From Negativicutes bacterium (GTDB lineage Bacteria > Bacillota > Negativicutes > UBA1444), in NCBI GenBank assembly GCA_963665275.2, contig CAXXIN010000012.1, positions 32,001 to 96,000 of the forward strand: a DNA stretch of 64,000 nt. The letters run 5' to 3'. Under the pieces are notes generated by a model. It was given only the letters and a program-made list of their open reading frames with translations. It was not told the origin of the DNA and ran no database searches. The position numbers and the translations under genes were made by a program. Below, piece by piece: positions 59,789 to 64,000 of this stretch (the first letter of the stretch is position 1; the number at the start of each line of letters is the position of its first letter).

Positions 59789-60381
59789 TCATGGGTGATT
59801 GCTCCTTGCTTCCTCGACGGCCATCATCAGAAAGCCGCCAAAAGCAGCATTATCAACGCGTAGCAGTTCATTTACTTCCTGTTTCATCAGCATGATCTGC
59901 TCACGGCATGCCTGCTAAAATGCGCGATGATTCCATTCACGGTTGTCGGCTTGATGAATGCCTCGATACTGGGCCGGTAATAGATCGGGTAACCCGTCAA
60001 CAGCGGCCATTTCGCAACTTTATATTCCTGCAGCAGGCCCGTCGTCAACCCAAACCCCTTTGCCTGGTCTCCATGCAGAAATCCTTTCAGCCCGTAGGCC
60101 AAGTGTTCTTTTTCATCGGCACTCATGGAATGCACCGCATCACGAAATTTTGGCTTTTCAAAAATCGAGACTAAAGATGACTGGCTGACAATTTTGATCA
60201 TAGATTCGGCAATGGAGGTAGCACTGTGGAATTGTTCCGGCGCGAAGCTTTCCTGCGCCATTTTTATCATCTTCGGCACCTTGTGCTTCTTCACGATTTC
60301 AAGCATGTCCGGGTGGGAAAACCCGCCTGGATACTGAGCCAGAAAGCGACCTTCGGCTTCTCTAAGTTTCGTGCTGTTCAT
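59789..60381 (-). pseudogene. Hypothetical protein gene with frame break near 59915
   Basis: ORF stops at 59887, but a protein-like tail (REQIMLMKQEV...DNAAFGGFLMM) continues in another frame to TGA at 59789. Confidence 0.6.
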
Positions 60382-60450
60382 TCTTTCATCTTCCCATCAA
60401 TGATGCCACTGTCAGCGTTTACTTTCTCTCCTGTTAGCTTTGTCGCAAGG

Positions 60451-60924
60451 TTATTCTGACGAATCGACAGACTCTGCGATCAGTTCTTCTTCACGCTCAT
60501 TCAACGATGAATATATTTTGAACCGTTGTTTAGTCTGTCGATGCGTGGCGTATCCGATAAAGACAGAGTCGTTGCCATCGTCTTTGCGACTACTCTTTTT
60601 TAGGCTGCCAATGTTGGACAGCTTAAGAATAGTCTTATTGAGTTGTTGAATCCGCTCCTCAAGTCGCTTGGCTGCAGATTCCAGCGTGAAACCTTGATCC
60701 AAAAAGTCTTTCAGTAATACAATTTTCTCGATAGTTGGGTAGTCGTATCTCCGATTGGTGCTGTCGTTGTCGCCTATCGCGCGGATGATCCCTTTTGTTT
60801 CCCAGTACCGAAGCTGCCTAGCCGATACGCCGGTGATTTCGGAAGTTTCACCAATCCCGACAATGATTCGTGACAGGATCGGTGAATCAAGTATCGTTGA
60901 AAGTGATGTTGATTTTTTTGCCAC
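60451..60924 (-). CDS. MerR-family (GlnR/TnrA-like HTH) transcriptional regulator
   Basis: IGETSEITGVSARQLRYWE.KG, RRY. Confidence 0.9.
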   Translation of the reverse strand: MAKKSTSLSTILDSPILSRIIVGIGETSEITGVSARQLRYWETKGIIRAIGDNDSTNRRYDYPTIEKIVLLKDFLDQGFTLESAAKRLEERIQQLNKTILKLSNIGSLKKSSRKDDGNDSVFIGYATHRQTKQRFKIYSSLNEREEELIAESVDSSE

Positions 60925-60952
60925 AATATCAGTCCTTTACGCAGTTTTGCTT

Positions 60953-61024
60953 ATTATAATATATGTTAGAATGTTTTTCAACCTTGTAAGATATATTGAC
61001 ATTAATGTAAGATTCGATTACACT
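60953..61024. promoter_or_regulatory. Divergent sigmaA promoters overlaid by three TGTnA-N7-TnACA boxes
   Basis: Plus TTGACA-N17-TACACT (60996-61024); minus TTGAAA-N17-TATAAT (60981-60953); boxes start at 60964, 60985 and 61006. Confidence 0.8.
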
Positions 61025-61055
61025 AAAAATAGTTCTATTTAGGGAGGCGATTGGC

Positions 61056-61472
61056 TTGGATATTCGATTTAAAAAGGGATGGGACAAACTCCGGGAAATT
61101 GATGGCGAAGCAGGAGAAGCTGTGGTGCAATCACTACACGACATTGCTCCGGATTTGGGGAAGTATATCATTGAGTTCGCGTTCGGCGACATTTACTCAC
61201 GACCCGGGTTGAATTTGCAGCACAGACAATTGGTAACGATTGCGTCTTTGACTACACAGGGCAACTGTGAACCGCAACTTGAGGTTCATATCAATGCAGC
61301 GTTAAATGTAGGCTTGTCGCCCAATCAAATTATTGAAGCGATCCTGCACTGTAGCCCGTACATCGGATTCCCACGTGTAATAAATGCCGTAAAAGTGGGA
61401 CAAAAAGTTTTTGACAAAAGAGAAGTACAGCCTGTTTGGGAGGAGGGAGCGGACAATGCGTCTTCGGACTAG
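61056..61472 (+). CDS. Carboxymuconolactone decarboxylase family protein
   Basis: EFAFGDIYSRPGL, QL.VHI.AALN.G, PYIGFP. Confidence 0.9.
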   Translation: MDIRFKKGWDKLREIDGEAGEAVVQSLHDIAPDLGKYIIEFAFGDIYSRPGLNLQHRQLVTIASLTTQGNCEPQLEVHINAALNVGLSPNQIIEAILHCSPYIGFPRVINAVKVGQKVFDKREVQPVWEEGADNASSD

Positions 61473-62325
61473 GTCAACCCAATGGGTGGTTGGAAGCCTG
61501 TTGTTGTTTTTGGCACTACTGTCAGGATGCCAGTCTGCTACTAGTCAAATGACGGGGAAAAGGCCGGATTCACAAGCGGCAATGACAGCAAGTAAACCGA
61601 AAGGAACCATGATGGCAACAATAACAGCAAAAACAGGTTTTAATGCCCCAACGGCGATAACGTTTGATCCCGCAGGGAATATGTATGTTGCAAACTGGAA
61701 TGACGGCACGGTATCGAGAGTGGACAGCACCGACAATAGGAAAACCTTCGCTTCAATCGACGGATCACCTGCAGGACTTGCTTTTGACAAGCAGGGAAAC
61801 CTATATGTGTCGGATTATAGAGAAAATATTTATCGCGTCAGTCCCGATGGGGCTACAACTATTTTTGCAACAGGATTGCATACTCCGACAGGGATCGCCT
61901 TCAACAAAAGTGGAGAGTTGCTTGTGACAAACCGGAGTAGTAATGAACTGGTAAAAGTATCGCCGACAGGAAATGTTTCCGTTTTAGAACGGGGATTGCG
62001 AACTCCAGTGGGTGTCGTGGAGCATCCTGACGGCACGCTTTATGTTTCGAATTACGGCGGCGGTATTACCAAAATTTCACCTGGTGGTTCTGCAACGACG
62101 ATAGGAGCTAATTTTGTTACACCAGGATGCGGGATTGTAATTTTCCATGGCGATGTTCTGGTTGTCGATTATGGACAAGGAACGATTAAAAATCTAGGAC
62201 CGGATGGGACACAATTGAGTGTGGTTGCACAAAATCTCAAACAGCCGGTTGCGCTGGGAGTACATCCACAGGGCAATTTATATGTTGGCACCTGGGGTGA
62301 TGGCTCGGTTTATTTATTAGATTAA
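61456..62325 (+). CDS. NHL/SMP-30-like beta-propeller lipoprotein
   Basis: Lipobox LSGC; six ~40-aa repeats P.G(I/L)AFD..GNLYV. Confidence 0.85.
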   Translation: MRLRTRSTQWVVGSLLLFLALLSGCQSATSQMTGKRPDSQAAMTASKPKGTMMATITAKTGFNAPTAITFDPAGNMYVANWNDGTVSRVDSTDNRKTFASIDGSPAGLAFDKQGNLYVSDYRENIYRVSPDGATTIFATGLHTPTGIAFNKSGELLVTNRSSNELVKVSPTGNVSVLERGLRTPVGVVEHPDGTLYVSNYGGGITKISPGGSATTIGANFVTPGCGIVIFHGDVLVVDYGQGTIKNLGPDGTQLSVVAQNLKQPVALGVHPQGNLYVGTWGDGSVYLLD

Positions 62326-62364
62326 CTAGATTATGAGGCGAGTTCGAATCGCGTTGTCGGACAC

Positions 62365-62401
62365 AAAAAAGCGCTTTCGGTTTTTCGCCGGAAGCGCTTT
62401 T
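62365..62401. terminator. Bidirectional intrinsic terminator
   Basis: AAAAGCGCTTTCGG...CCGGAAGCGCTTTT. Confidence 0.78.
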
Positions 62402-62450
62402 ACATTATATTCAGCCGAAAAAATCAAAAGAAATTGCATCGTTACCGTCT

Positions 62451-63482
62451 TTATATCGTATTCTTTTTCGCGGCAGCCTCTCGTACCGATTCCCTATCGC
62501 ACCGGATAAAAGCCATCAGTTCTTTGGCCGTCTGCGAATACAGTTTCGTTTCCTCATAATCAGGTTCTCCGCCGGACAAATGCTGCATCAATACTCCGTC
62601 CGTCCCAAACCAGCGGGGTGCAAGTCCTCCGAAGAAAAAGCCGTTATGCCGCAGCAATTCGACCGCTTCGCCAATTGCTGGGCAAGCTGCGTTCAGCACT
62701 ACCTGCAAACTGACCACCTGCCGCCTGTCGGCCTCAGTCAGCAGTTCCTCCACCACCGTCGCCCAATCGCCGCCGATCGAGCTCACCGCTACTTTCCAGG
62801 TTTTCGCAAAGTCATAATACTTATCCTCTCGGACTGTATCGCCTGCCGCCGGCAAGGCTGCCGACGACGTCAGAAAAGTCCGGGGTCGTAGCGGCGCGGC
62901 CAGTCGTCGCAAATACTCATCATACCTGGCAGGCAAATACTCTGGCGCCACAGGGTCAGAAAGTTCCGAAAAATTCAGTACGCAGGATACTCGTGCCATG
63001 CCTGCCTTATTGCTTTTTCCGTCTTTAAAACTGGCGCCGTCCAATTGATCCAGCTCCAGCGCACAGTCGACAAATCCTGACTTTATTGCGCTGACTTGGG
63101 TGAAATAATGACAGCAGACCGCTTCGCTGAAAATCCCGTCATTGCCAGACATTCTACACATTGTCGGATCAAAATAAAAGCACGCCAATTCCAATGACAC
63201 AGCAGACTGGGCATAAGCCGGATCAACCAACATATTTCCGGCTTCCCACAGCCGGAAGTTAGGGGCTGACTTGAAGAAAGAAATGTAACCTGCGGGATGC
63301 CCCTCGGCAGTCAACGCCAAAGCGGCCGTCAACTTTTCAGCTTGAATATCCCGCCACAACACGTCAGGTTGATACACGTCCTTGACGGGAAAGTCCTCAC
63401 CATACAGCGCACGAAAAACAGCGCCCACATGGTGTGCATTGTTTTTCCCTACCGCAACAATTTGAAACATTTTTTCCAACAT
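62451..63482 (-). CDS. Hypothetical protein, possibly GNAT-like acyltransferase
   Basis: 343-aa ORF behind AAGGGG; E.G.MLVDPAY resembles a degenerate GNAT motif; follows the ACP gene. Confidence 0.6.
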   Translation of the reverse strand: MLEKMFQIVAVGKNNAHHVGAVFRALYGEDFPVKDVYQPDVLWRDIQAEKLTAALALTAEGHPAGYISFFKSAPNFRLWEAGNMLVDPAYAQSAVSLELACFYFDPTMCRMSGNDGIFSEAVCCHYFTQVSAIKSGFVDCALELDQLDGASFKDGKSNKAGMARVSCVLNFSELSDPVAPEYLPARYDEYLRRLAAPLRPRTFLTSSAALPAAGDTVREDKYYDFAKTWKVAVSSIGGDWATVVEELLTEADRRQVVSLQVVLNAACPAIGEAVELLRHNGFFFGGLAPRWFGTDGVLMQHLSGGEPDYEETKLYSQTAKELMAFIRCDRESVREAAAKKNTI

Positions 63483-63510
63483 TGGTCTTACCCCTTTTCT
63501 TCCGCGACTA

Positions 63511-63753
63511 TTATTTTGCGATTCGTTTATCCAGATAGGCCACTGCATATGCGATAGTCGTCATTTCTTTTACATCTTCCTGTGGAATCGTTATCGCAAA
63601 GGTTTCTTCCGCCATTACCAGAAGTTCGGTGTAATCAAGCGAATCCAGTTTGAGGTTCTCCACCAGCAAAGCTTCCGGTTTCAAATCCGCCTCTGTGATA
63701 TTTTTCTTTTTTAGTTTCAAAATGATTGCCTTTACTTTTTCCAATGTTGTCAT
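63511..63753 (-). CDS. Acyl carrier protein
   Basis: 80 aa, L.LDSLD phosphopantetheine site, EETFAITIP. Confidence 0.9.
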   Translation of the reverse strand: MTTLEKVKAIILKLKKKNITEADLKPEALLVENLKLDSLDYTELLVMAEETFAITIPQEDVKEMTTIAYAVAYLDKRIAK

Positions 63754-63880
63754 GTTCATCCATCCTTTCATTTTTAGCTTGTCTTTTTTCATGAACTTTA
63801 TCCGGAATAATTTCTGCAACCTATGGCATTCCCCCTTTAAATTGAAAACCAAATTAACTCCTTGCCGGAATTGGCAGAAG

Positions 63881-64000
63881 TCAAATCCAACGCATAATGA
63901 TGGACCCCCAGGCTAGTCCTCCGCCAAATCCGGTCAGCGCAATCACATCGCCGGACTCAATCCGTCCGGTTTCCAACGCCTCGAAAAGAGCTATTGGAAT
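63881..64000 (-). CDS. fabH: 3-oxoacyl-ACP synthase III, C-terminal end (gene enters from the right edge)
   Basis: Manual translation [39 protein letters not shown]. Confidence 0.88.
   Translation of the reverse strand: MPIALFEALETGRIESGDVIALTGFGGGLAWGSIIMRWI

Noticed and set aside
62338-62352. GTTCGAATC resembling a tRNA T-loop
   Set aside because: No cloverleaf, D-arm or CCA context
1-64000. CRISPR arrays, IS elements, prophage or defence genes
   Set aside because: No regularly spaced repeats and no transposase, integrase, phage or nuclease motifs seen

Overview
Gene-dense chromosomal window from an anaerobic diderm Firmicute, probably Negativicutes/Sporomusaceae-like (inferred from Firmicute-type promoters and RBSs together with tonB-exbBD and hydF). 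Nitrogen and amino-acid scavenging dominate: a liv ABC operon running into hutI, glnB-amtB-glnK, hutH with a second LivK, a PucR-M20 hydrolase-Fe-ADH-Tpa-like operon, and a urtABCDE-amidase-small protein-M20 operon. Also present are 2-oxoacid:ferredoxin oxidoreductase, TctCBA, a sulfonate/nitrate-type ABC transporter, two chemoreceptors, gtrA-GT2-GT83, TM1266-aspA-hydF, pyc and the edge of a fabH-ACP cluster. No rRNA, tRNA, CRISPR array or mobile element was recognised. The strongest non-coding signal is an ANTAR-type hexaloop hairpin (loop AATGNN) overlapping an intrinsic terminator. It occurs four times, in the leaders of amtB (twice), the PucR operon and the urt operon, which would tie two uncharacterised catabolic operons into one nitrogen regulon. 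Other candidates: a structured riboswitch-like leader before TM1266-aspA-hydF, a SemiSWEET with a CxxCxxCxxxCP tail, three GlnR-type boxes at 21-bp period, and recurring sigmaH-like promoters. Several genes carry short indels that look like assembly errors. All calls are by eye from motifs; no database search was run.
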